DNA from: a virus
Virus record (IMG/VR): IMGVR_UViG_3300009709_000021
Span: 1 to 64,000 of that record
Direction: 5' to 3' (one strand)
Length of the DNA: 64,000 bases
The notes under the pieces are model-generated. The model worked only from the letters and a program-made list of their open reading frames with translations. It made no database searches and was not told the origin of the DNA. Below are positions 51,871 through 60,626 of this stretch, piece after piece; position 1 is the first letter of the stretch; each line of letters starts with the position of its first letter. Both the position numbers and the translations under genes were made by a program.

Positions 51871-54750
51871 TTAGTACTGTGTATAGTTATTAGCTTTCGT
51901 ACATGTTACAGTAACATTACCCGAAGCTAGAGTAATGGTTGTGCCTGTGTTATTTTCAAATCGAAATCCAATTCCATTGGCAGCAGTTACATACCCAAAA
52001 AGTTTAACGCCTTGAAGATTTTGAGAATACCCACATTCTACGGTATCTCCTAAAGCAGCTCCAGTCAGAGTACCCGTTCCACCGGCACTGCTACCATTAG
52101 TAATAGCACCAGGAGCTGTTGCAAACGATGCGCTAAATGCTGGAGTGAGTACTGAATTAGTACCAAGAATATTCAATGCTCCAGAAACGTTTCCAGTACA
52201 AGTATTACCAGAGATGAATACACCAAATACACTTGAACTGTAATCTGCGTAACCGTAGGTTTGAGTGTGAGTACTTTGAGTATCGATAAGGTTATTTCCG
52301 GAAACAACACTATAGTTCCCGTTAACAGTACCACTAGTATAGCGGAGGGTTATACCATTGCCGCTCGTTTGACCATTATTGATACAAGTATTACCTTGCA
52401 CAACACTATTTTGTCCGCCAATTGCAATGCCATCTCCTGCGTTAGAAGAGCAGGTATTGCCGATAACTTTAGACCTGGGTGCCCACATTTCAATACCCAA
52501 ACAAACTGTGGAATTAACGTCCGTGCCAGTTCCACCGGCACAAGTATTGTTAACAATTTCTAGATCGCTACAGTTACTATTTTGTTCAATAGTAATACCT
52601 GCTCCGAATTTCCAGTTATAGACTTGGTTATCTCGAATAGTTGTGTATTGGCAACTTAAATCCATACCAGTATTGGAATGGTAATTAGCTTCAATTAAAC
52701 CATTGCTACATGAGCCTGAAGCAGTAGAAACTAAAATTCCTTGGTTTTGAGTATTAGCAGACGCCGTTCTTAAAAATTGGTTGTTGCGGAAAATAAAACG
52801 ATTTCCGCCATTGTGAGAAATTGCAAATGTAAAGTTACCCGTAAATACGCAATTTTCAATTGTATAATTATTATTTAAACTGAAATTTAACATTCCGTCG
52901 GGAAAACTTGTAGCTGCGGACATGTCAAAAGTAATACCATATATTTTGAAATTTGAGATACTAGAACCATTGACCAGTCCCCCGGTGCTATAAGAAGCAG
53001 CCTGAGCTTTTATAGTAACAGTACCATTCTCTGCTGCAATCCAATCGATAGAAGATTTCTTTGTAATTCCAGTCGTATCGACAATATAAGTTCCCGCCGG
53101 AAAAACAAGGGGGCTAATACCTGCGTTTTCAGCAGCTTGAATAGCTGCCGTATCATCGGTAGTGCCATTTCCAGTAGCACCGAATTGCTTAACGGAAACA
53201 CCTGAAATTATTTGAAGGTGCCAACGACCCCCATCTGAAGCTACGATAATGGAGCCGCCGTTATCAGAACTAGTTGTATCTGACGCAAAATAAATATAAA
53301 CTCCGCCTCCACCATCATTTGCGGTAGTATAACCAGTAACAAAAACGTTACCGTTTGCTGTTTTACTAACCGCCCTAAGTGCAGTGATAGAACTTACGAC
53401 GGTGAATGTGCCTAAATTTCCTGCTGCCGCAATTGCTGTAGATGCATTTGTACCACCACCTGCAATTGAAAGTAATCCACTCCCAGATAAAGAAGTGTTA
53501 ATCATTCTCCAAGTTGTTGTTGCAGCGTAGTAGCGAAACTTCAAAGACGCGCCAATAACAGGTATTGAAGTTGGGGAACCAGCTTGAACTGAACCTGTGG
53601 CGGAATTAATAGTTAATGTGGTAATAAGCTGAGAGAACGAAATTTCAACAGAATGACCATCTGCCAGAGGAGTTGGCAAAGTTATAGTTAAAGTCGCTAA
53701 CGTTCCAGCGGGATCAATTGTTTGAAGATTTGTTTCTTGGGCGATAGCAACAGTTGCTCCGGTAGTCGGAGTAGCAACCGCAGTTCCGGAATTTAAGTAA
53801 ACTCCTTTCAAATATTCATTTTGAAAATGAAGTGAAGAACTGCCAAGGTTAACCGTTGCATCCGTAGTCGGATTAATGCTAGTAGATGCGTTTACAGAAG
53901 TGAAATTACCTTGGGACGGAGTTTCTATACCAAGACCGCCAGTAAATGAAGCGGAGCCTGTTACTTGTAAAGTATCAACACCATTATCAGTCGTTGTCCC
54001 AAGTAGTAATGCTCCCCTGTTATTAAATCTACCTACTTCGGAATTGACGATGCTCGCCGTAGGCGTTGTACTAAACGTCAACGCTGTGGGCATACTAGTA
54101 TTTGAAAATGTTCCTTCGGATACAACTTTATAAAGTCCAGTAGATGAAGTTTGGAAAGAAGTTGCACCATAGCCATGTCCGCTAAAAGACGCAAGCACAT
54201 CCCCAGATTGAAGTGCCAGTGGAGCAGCCGCAGTACCACGAGCAGATCGGGTCTGGAATGTACCGACTGGTCCTACGCTACTACTCCCACTATAAGAGTC
54301 CAGAACGGCCCTAACTGGAGAATTTCCTGCTAATTGTAGAATTGTGCCGGAAAAAGGACTAATGATATTTGAGCCTGTTTCATTTAATGTCAATAGACCC
54401 GTCATGGCGAAACTACCTGCGTAGCCACCAGTAACATCAGAACCTAGCACATAGATACCCGTTGCCCCGTCAGCAAAGATTTCTCGAGTGTAGCCTTGGG
54501 CTACTGTAACTGTAGCAGTCCCATTTGTCATTGCCAAAGTAATCGAGTATGCACCGGTAGTATTATTAAATACTGACCAAATTTTTACCTTCTCTGGAAA
54601 TGTAATTGTAATATTTCCTGTCAATACTCCAGTCAAAATTATTGTCCCAGCATTGGCTTGGCTGGTAGAAAGAATAACAATGTTAGAACTTCCCGATACA
54701 TTAACTGTGTTAACTTCGAGGGGAGAAACAATATCTGAAAAATTTGGCAT
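51871..54750 (-). CDS. Tail fiber/tailspike with beta-helix (pectate-lyase-like) domain
   Basis: DGGGG domain, VKQFGATGNGTTDDTAAIQAA, repeated I.GN.C..N beta-helix rungs. Confidence 0.85.
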   Translation of the reverse strand: MPNFSDIVSPLEVNTVNVSGSSNIVILSTSQANAGTIILTGVLTGNITITFPEKVKIWSVFNNTTGAYSITLAMTNGTATVTVAQGYTREIFADGATGIYVLGSDVTGGYAGSFAMTGLLTLNETGSNIISPFSGTILQLAGNSPVRAVLDSYSGSSSVGPVGTFQTRSARGTAAAPLALQSGDVLASFSGHGYGATSFQTSSTGLYKVVSEGTFSNTSMPTALTFSTTPTASIVNSEVGRFNNRGALLLGTTTDNGVDTLQVTGSASFTGGLGIETPSQGNFTSVNASTSINPTTDATVNLGSSSLHFQNEYLKGVYLNSGTAVATPTTGATVAIAQETNLQTIDPAGTLATLTITLPTPLADGHSVEISFSQLITTLTINSATGSVQAGSPTSIPVIGASLKFRYYAATTTWRMINTSLSGSGLLSIAGGGTNASTAIAAAGNLGTFTVVSSITALRAVSKTANGNVFVTGYTTANDGGGGVYIYFASDTTSSDNGGSIIVASDGGRWHLQIISGVSVKQFGATGNGTTDDTAAIQAAENAGISPLVFPAGTYIVDTTGITKKSSIDWIAAENGTVTIKAQAASYSTGGLVNGSSISNFKIYGITFDMSAATSFPDGMLNFSLNNNYTIENCVFTGNFTFAISHNGGNRFIFRNNQFLRTASANTQNQGILVSTASGSCSNGLIEANYHSNTGMDLSCQYTTIRDNQVYNWKFGAGITIEQNSNCSDLEIVNNTCAGGTGTDVNSTVCLGIEMWAPRSKVIGNTCSSNAGDGIAIGGQNSVVQGNTCINNGQTSGNGITLRYTSGTVNGNYSVVSGNNLIDTQSTHTQTYGYADYSSSVFGVFISGNTCTGNVSGALNILGTNSVLTPAFSASFATAPGAITNGSSAGGTGTLTGAALGDTVECGYSQNLQGVKLFGYVTAANGIGFRFENNTGTTITLASGNVTVTCTKANNYTQY

Positions 54751-54794
54751 TTAATTATAGTTAAGGATACTTCTAGTTTAAGCTTGGCCGTTTA

Positions 54795-55757
54795 TTACAT
54801 TACTTCAACAGCATTAAGAATAACATTCCAATCTACAGTATCGGTAGTACTACTCGTAACCGTAACTGCCAGTCCTCCATTGGTTGTATCTGTACTTACT
54901 GCAAGTGACCATCCGGATGCACCAGAAGTTGCGAATGTACTCGTGACCGTCGGACTTCCAACAATAGCTATACTTGCTGCAGTAGATCCCTTTGTTAATA
55001 AAATATCAGATGTCCATTCTTTGGCATCGGTGTTATTTGTCGCATCTCTGGCAACTGCGAATAATCTTACCCGAGTTGCAGCATTTGATCTGAGCACAAG
55101 TTGATTAGTGGTGGCTCCGGAATTTCCGTCTGAAGTAGCAACTTTTGCGGTTGTACTAGTTGTTATAGCGTAAAGTTGTGTAATTGTATTTTGAAATTTT
55201 CCAATTGTTGGACTATAAAATCCAATAGCAACTTGGCCATTAATAGAATTAGTAGTACAAAATGCTCCGATAGCAGTTGAAGATGTCCCAGACGCAACAC
55301 TAGAATTCCCAAATACTGCAGAGTACGAAGCGGAAGCGGTATTGCTATATCCGACTGTAAAAGAATAAATACCACTAGCGGTGTTATGGCCGCCAATTGT
55401 TGCGGAGTTAGCACCTGAAGAGGTATTACTATAACCCATGGCGATTGTTGTATTTGCGCTGGCAGTATTATTGTTTCCAGCCGCAAAAGAATTTGCTCCG
55501 CTTGCTACTTGGGTAGCGGCACTACGTTGAGAAGCGCCTTGCAAATCAACTGAATAATTGCCGCGTTTATTGCCACCAGTGGTTGTTCCGTCAGGAATAC
55601 AGAGTTGTACTGCTCCAGTACCAGCCGGGACAAGAGAAAGATCTATATTTGTCCCGAGATTAGTAAGAGAAGAAACTAATGCCTGAACCGGTACAGTAGC
55701 GTTTGTACTATAATTATATCCTACGGTAGAATACGTTGCGTTAGGAGTATTGCTCAT
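54795..55757 (-). CDS. Tail fiber protein with YadA-like (Hep/Hag) head repeats
   Basis: 14-aa repeats ASG..S.A.G..N. Confidence 0.7.
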   Translation of the reverse strand: MSNTPNATYSTVGYNYSTNATVPVQALVSSLTNLGTNIDLSLVPAGTGAVQLCIPDGTTTGGNKRGNYSVDLQGASQRSAATQVASGANSFAAGNNNTASANTTIAMGYSNTSSGANSATIGGHNTASGIYSFTVGYSNTASASYSAVFGNSSVASGTSSTAIGAFCTTNSINGQVAIGFYSPTIGKFQNTITQLYAITTSTTAKVATSDGNSGATTNQLVLRSNAATRVRLFAVARDATNNTDAKEWTSDILLTKGSTAASIAIVGSPTVTSTFATSGASGWSLAVSTDTTNGGLAVTVTSSTTDTVDWNVILNAVEVM

Positions 55758-55772
55758 TGTCTATTCTTTCTC

Positions 55773-58481
55773 TTAAATTTGATTGACAATAAAATTATCA
55801 ATATAATACGTAATAACTGGTAAATTTTGTTGATCCATAACAATTGCAAGGTGACTAGCCCACTGAGGAGCACCGGGGCTAACATCACCTGAAATAACCG
55901 AGGAATCAGTAGTATAAAGTGTATTTATCCCTCTATTAATCCAGGTAGTTGACCCTGCTAACGGAACAGTAATATCAGTTTCCCCTTTAAACATAGTTTG
56001 AGTATCGAAGATAGGTCTGTTAAATGAATCATAAGCAAGAACTTTTACCCAAAATAATCGATAGTATAAAGTAGCAGTCCCAGTTCCAACATTGTTAGGG
56101 AATAAGAAATTAATTTGACCAAGCATGTCATGTCCAGGTTGAACTGGGACTATGAAAACTAACTGGCCATTCTGACCACTTCCAACAAGTCGACTAACGC
56201 TTAGAGAAGATATACCACTTTGTGCATATGAAGTGCTAACTGCCAATGTATAATAGTTTGAATTCCATTGGCTTAAAGCTGAGCTTGTATACATACCACC
56301 GGCTAAATTAATTCCTGAGGTATCTGCTCCGTAGAGTATGGTAGAGGTTGCAGGCTCAAACGTACCTGATCCTGCCAACACATCCATCGCCAAACTATTA
56401 GAAAGTAAAGTAGGACCAATATTGGCATTACCTTTATTACGCCAATTACTAAATCGCAACATTCCAGGACCCGAAGCAGCAATGCCGGCTATACTGCTTA
56501 AATTATAAACTTCAGTTCCTTCAAACAAGAAACTACACATTGCGCTGGCAAGATTGATGGGAGGTTCAGCAGCCGAACTCGTTGCTCCAGCACCGAGGAA
56601 CATACCTCCAAACATTGAGATACGGCCACTATTTACACATTGGAATAATGGATAGCCAGCAGTCGACGGTACATTCATTTCTGCGTGTACTCCGTAGAGT
56701 TCGACACGACCGGCGTTGTTAACTATAGCTTGGGTGTTATAATCTATGGCTGTACCATAGAAAGTAAACTCTGCGCCACCTACATTGCTAAGTCCGATAG
56801 TATTATTATAAATACCGCCGCCGTAAAATCGAAAATTTTCACCGCTATTAATACCGGTAGTATAGTTAATTCCAGTCCCGTTACTATATATTTCTAAACC
56901 AGAAAGTTGGGCTAGATAGGCACCATCTTGGAAGTTAATGCCGGTTCCAAATCCATGAATTGCGCTTCTATCAAATCGTAGAATATTACCATCAAGATTT
57001 GTAAACGATTTAAATAAAATACCATTAACTCCGACAGTAGATCCTGGCCCAATAATTTCTATGCCTTCCACGGGTTCGTGAATAGGATAGTGTTCAACTG
57101 TACCATCTCTGGTTGCGATAACAGCGCTATTAGGCAACCACGGAGAAATATTAAAAGATGATATGCTGAAATTAACATATCCTCCCCCCGTGAAAGTTAA
57201 CCATGAAGTAGTATTAGTAGTAACAATAAAATCCAGTTCAATAGTTTGACTAACGGTTCCTGTGAGAACTCCTGACATGCCGGTTAAACTGACTGTATTC
57301 CCTGTAAAATTTGGGCCGTAGCCGGGACTATTTTGGAAGAAAGCGATTTGTCCATACGCAGGAGTAGGATTTCCCAATACATAAGAAGCTCCTAGAGTTG
57401 CTGTAGCAGTGAGAATTGCTTTGTATTTTCCAGGTGTAAGCGTTACTTGTGTACCAAACTGGCAAAAATGACCGCCAGAAGTATTCATAGCTTCTGCAGC
57501 AACGGTTGTTCCTCCCCATCCAGCTAAATTATAAGTCCCATTACCACCAGTACCCGTCCCAAGGCTAGTAATAGTTACTCCCGTCGGAACTCCAGTACCG
57601 TACAATGTTTGACCAACAGCTAGTGCAGTTGTTCCTGAAAAACCAGTTACAGTGAGAACACCCGCACTAGATACCGCTCCTGAAAAACTATTATAGATGT
57701 TAGGATCAGTGTATGTTGCTGTTCCACCCCCGAAAGTCGTCAGAGTGATTTGAGTAGGCGTCCAAATGCTTGAATTAGCCCAACCCGCCGATGTCGCAAA
57801 ATTATAGTTAGGGACATAACTTACTGTAGTTGTCTGAGCAACCATGGCAGAAAAATCCCAAATAGCGCCTTGCGCTTCTACCCAACTTTGCCCAGACACA
57901 ACAGTGAGAGGGGTCTGGGAAGCAACATTGCTGTTACACATAATGTAATGCAATTGAGGCGTATAAATTCCCCCGCCTGCATTCAATGCTGCTTGCCATG
58001 CGAGGTAATCCATCTCCTGGGTAAGACTAGTTGCAAATGGATATACTGCTTGTAAAGCAGCTAGACTTGAGAACGTATTACTAGCAGGATTACTGGACCC
58101 ATTTCCAATGGCACCAAAATCTAAAGGGCTTGAAAAATCTCGTAATTTACTTCCTATTGTACGAGTCGTTCCACCAGTATTTGGATTAGTAAATCCTCCA
58201 AAAATATTCAAAATCCAATTTGCGATTGTAGTTAAGGTAGTTTGGAGAATACCTGATCCACGACTAACAGTAGCGAACTCTGCCCCATTCAAAGCTCCAG
58301 CATTGATATTCGTTGCATTAGCAATTTGAGCAGTGGGATTATTTATCCCTGTAGAGAGTTGCGTAACGGTGCCTTGAACTAAAGTCCCATTCTGATCTAA
58401 AGTTACAGTATCAGTAGAGTTAACTGTAGAAGCTGAGTTCTGGTTAGAAGGATTTAGAAGATCAAAAATAGAGGCTGTCAT
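55773..58481 (-). CDS. Tailspike / depolymerase
   Basis: VSRGSG.LQTTL anchor, RTIGSKLRD..S.LDFGA.GNG, beta-helix, SGEN. Confidence 0.8.
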   Translation of the reverse strand: MTASIFDLLNPSNQNSASTVNSTDTVTLDQNGTLVQGTVTQLSTGINNPTAQIANATNINAGALNGAEFATVSRGSGILQTTLTTIANWILNIFGGFTNPNTGGTTRTIGSKLRDFSSPLDFGAIGNGSSNPASNTFSSLAALQAVYPFATSLTQEMDYLAWQAALNAGGGIYTPQLHYIMCNSNVASQTPLTVVSGQSWVEAQGAIWDFSAMVAQTTTVSYVPNYNFATSAGWANSSIWTPTQITLTTFGGGTATYTDPNIYNSFSGAVSSAGVLTVTGFSGTTALAVGQTLYGTGVPTGVTITSLGTGTGGNGTYNLAGWGGTTVAAEAMNTSGGHFCQFGTQVTLTPGKYKAILTATATLGASYVLGNPTPAYGQIAFFQNSPGYGPNFTGNTVSLTGMSGVLTGTVSQTIELDFIVTTNTTSWLTFTGGGYVNFSISSFNISPWLPNSAVIATRDGTVEHYPIHEPVEGIEIIGPGSTVGVNGILFKSFTNLDGNILRFDRSAIHGFGTGINFQDGAYLAQLSGLEIYSNGTGINYTTGINSGENFRFYGGGIYNNTIGLSNVGGAEFTFYGTAIDYNTQAIVNNAGRVELYGVHAEMNVPSTAGYPLFQCVNSGRISMFGGMFLGAGATSSAAEPPINLASAMCSFLFEGTEVYNLSSIAGIAASGPGMLRFSNWRNKGNANIGPTLLSNSLAMDVLAGSGTFEPATSTILYGADTSGINLAGGMYTSSALSQWNSNYYTLAVSTSYAQSGISSLSVSRLVGSGQNGQLVFIVPVQPGHDMLGQINFLFPNNVGTGTATLYYRLFWVKVLAYDSFNRPIFDTQTMFKGETDITVPLAGSTTWINRGINTLYTTDSSVISGDVSPGAPQWASHLAIVMDQQNLPVITYYIDNFIVNQI

Positions 58482-58516
58482 TCTGGAGTAGTCGTTGTGC
58501 TTTTATTTTAGCTAAA

Positions 58517-58545
58517 GAAAAAGCCAGGTAACCACCTGGCTTTTG
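58517..58545 (-). terminator. Intrinsic terminator
   Basis: AAAAAGCCAGGT/ACCTGGCTTTT. Confidence 0.75.
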
Positions 58546-58563
58546 TAAATTCTGTTAAGGCGA

Positions 58564-60168
58564 TTATACTGAGCCTACGGCTAGAATAATCCAACCAAGA
58601 TACCCATGAGAGGCATTGCGCCTCCAACCAACTGTTACATAAGTAAGATCTGATGAAAGAGTTGCAAGAGTAGCTGAACCATTATTAATAATTATAGTAT
58701 TACTACCATTGACTGCTCCATTGGTTATAAACGTATAAGTTAGTCCGTTAAACAAATTAGCACCAGTTGACGGAAGAGTTACAGTACAAGGAGCAGTCAA
58801 TGCTGTATTAAATACTTGAGTATTGTTTGCTCCTAATGTAATAGCCAATGAAGTAATATTACCATTATCTTGCGAAATGTGGCCATTGAGGAAATTCTTA
58901 ATGGATAGTATTTCACAGGTGGTACTGCTTCCCGTATTAGTTAATTGCCAATTGGCGTTTCCATCGTTGATGTATGTATTCACAGTAATAAAGCCTACCG
59001 CACCTTGGAATACGTATACATTTCCAGATCCGACTGTTGTTGCAGTAAGACTTAGAAAGTCTATACTTAAACTGCCGGTGTTACCTCCAGCATTAGTTTC
59101 AAATAATACAAAGCTACCAGACGCAGGATTAAATACACCAGTTGTACCATAACAGATAAATTGATTTATCCTTATGTTTGTACCACCGTCAAAAACAAAT
59201 AAATTACCGGCTACATTGTAAGTGTAAACCTCCATTTTCATAGTATTAATAGAGATATCACTTCCTGATTGAACCAACATTAATTGACAATTGGTCGGAG
59301 ATAGGAATTCTAAGCAATCAATATTGGCATTAACACCCTTGATATTATTGAAAGCTGGGCCAACCATATTATTGCAAGCAATCTGCATACGTCCTATAAC
59401 CCAGTTTGGACCGGCGTCAACTGTGCCAGTCCAATCCATCATTGAACCATACGTAGCGGCTGTACAGTCGATTTCATCCCATTTGGTATTTTGCGGTGCG
59501 GGTTGTCCACTTAGAACTTTGAATCCTGTGTATCCTTCCCAACGAAGATGATGGAAGCTACAAAAATAATAACTAGATTGTAAGTAAATAGCATACGCAG
59601 AGGTATTTGACGTACCTTGAGCATTTGCGTAATGCAAATACATGTTTGCAATTTCAATAAATACACACGCTGCTGAGCCAGTACCACCCATACTAAAAAT
59701 GGGCACATTATTTGTTATTTGTTGAATTGTAGTACTATTTTTACCAGCTCCAATAACGCTATAACTGCCACCTTGAGGGAAATTTAAGGAAGAACTTATA
59801 ATGTAAGTGCCTTCTGGGATATACCCTCGTTTGCTATTTGTAACAATATAAGTAACAAATGCTTGCAAAGCAGCAGTATCGTCTGTAGTACCATTACCAG
59901 TTGCACCAAAGTCTTTAGCACTGACTGTATCCTGAAATCTTCCTTGAACTGTTCTATTTACAGCTCCTGTTCCATTTTGAAGAAATCCTTGGAAAGTTTG
60001 CATAATCCAAGTTGCTGCTGTAGAAAGAGTAGTTTGTAAAAATCCTGACCCACGACTGACAGGGACTATCTCGGAACCAGTTAAAGTTCCTGCACTACTA
60101 TTCGATCCATTCGAAGCGCTCGCAACTCCAGGTAATGCTTGGGCAACTTGTTGTAAGTCTATTGACAT
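58564..60168 (-). CDS. Tailspike / depolymerase
   Basis: VSRGSGFLQTTL anchor, GAVNRTVQ..VSAKDFGATGNGTTDDTAALQ. Confidence 0.85.
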   Translation of the reverse strand: MSIDLQQVAQALPGVASASNGSNSSAGTLTGSEIVPVSRGSGFLQTTLSTAATWIMQTFQGFLQNGTGAVNRTVQGRFQDTVSAKDFGATGNGTTDDTAALQAFVTYIVTNSKRGYIPEGTYIISSSLNFPQGGSYSVIGAGKNSTTIQQITNNVPIFSMGGTGSAACVFIEIANMYLHYANAQGTSNTSAYAIYLQSSYYFCSFHHLRWEGYTGFKVLSGQPAPQNTKWDEIDCTAATYGSMMDWTGTVDAGPNWVIGRMQIACNNMVGPAFNNIKGVNANIDCLEFLSPTNCQLMLVQSGSDISINTMKMEVYTYNVAGNLFVFDGGTNIRINQFICYGTTGVFNPASGSFVLFETNAGGNTGSLSIDFLSLTATTVGSGNVYVFQGAVGFITVNTYINDGNANWQLTNTGSSTTCEILSIKNFLNGHISQDNGNITSLAITLGANNTQVFNTALTAPCTVTLPSTGANLFNGLTYTFITNGAVNGSNTIIINNGSATLATLSSDLTYVTVGWRRNASHGYLGWIILAVGSV

Positions 60169-60181
60169 ATTCTATAGTTAA

Positions 60182-60625
60182 TTAAGAAACCAGTTTTTGA
60201 CGCTCTTTTAAAACATCTGAACAAGCATTGGGATCGAATCTCCAGGGTTCTTCAAAACCAAGACTCTCAAGGACAGATTCAGAACAAAACCAAAGATTTG
60301 TCGGGAAGCCTTTAATCGGTCTAACAATAAATCCTAAAATCCCTAGCCAATCATACCCACTCCCAAGTCGAGCATCAAACCAAGCCTCTACTGAAGCTTC
60401 GTTCCCAGGACTTTCAACAATGTCCCAAGTATCTGCAGGCAATACCATTTGAGTTTTCCGTATTCCTGTTCCGGGCACAGAACTAACAACCGTATATAAT
60501 TGTGTTTGCTCATCATAAGAAAGAATTGCTTCTACATGAGCGTACACGCCGCTTTCCCACCATCCAATAAGCTTATCAAAAATTGATGCGGTAGGGCTAT
60601 TTGCTTTTTTAAATGCGAATTTCAT
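60182..60625 (-). CDS. Permuted papain-like (YaeF/YiiX C92-type) amidase
   Basis: YAHVE ... G.GYDWLG ... WFCSE. Confidence 0.75.
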   Translation of the reverse strand: MKFAFKKANSPTASIFDKLIGWWESGVYAHVEAILSYDEQTQLYTVVSSVPGTGIRKTQMVLPADTWDIVESPGNEASVEAWFDARLGSGYDWLGILGFIVRPIKGFPTNLWFCSESVLESLGFEEPWRFDPNACSDVLKERQKLVS

Positions 60626-60626
60626 A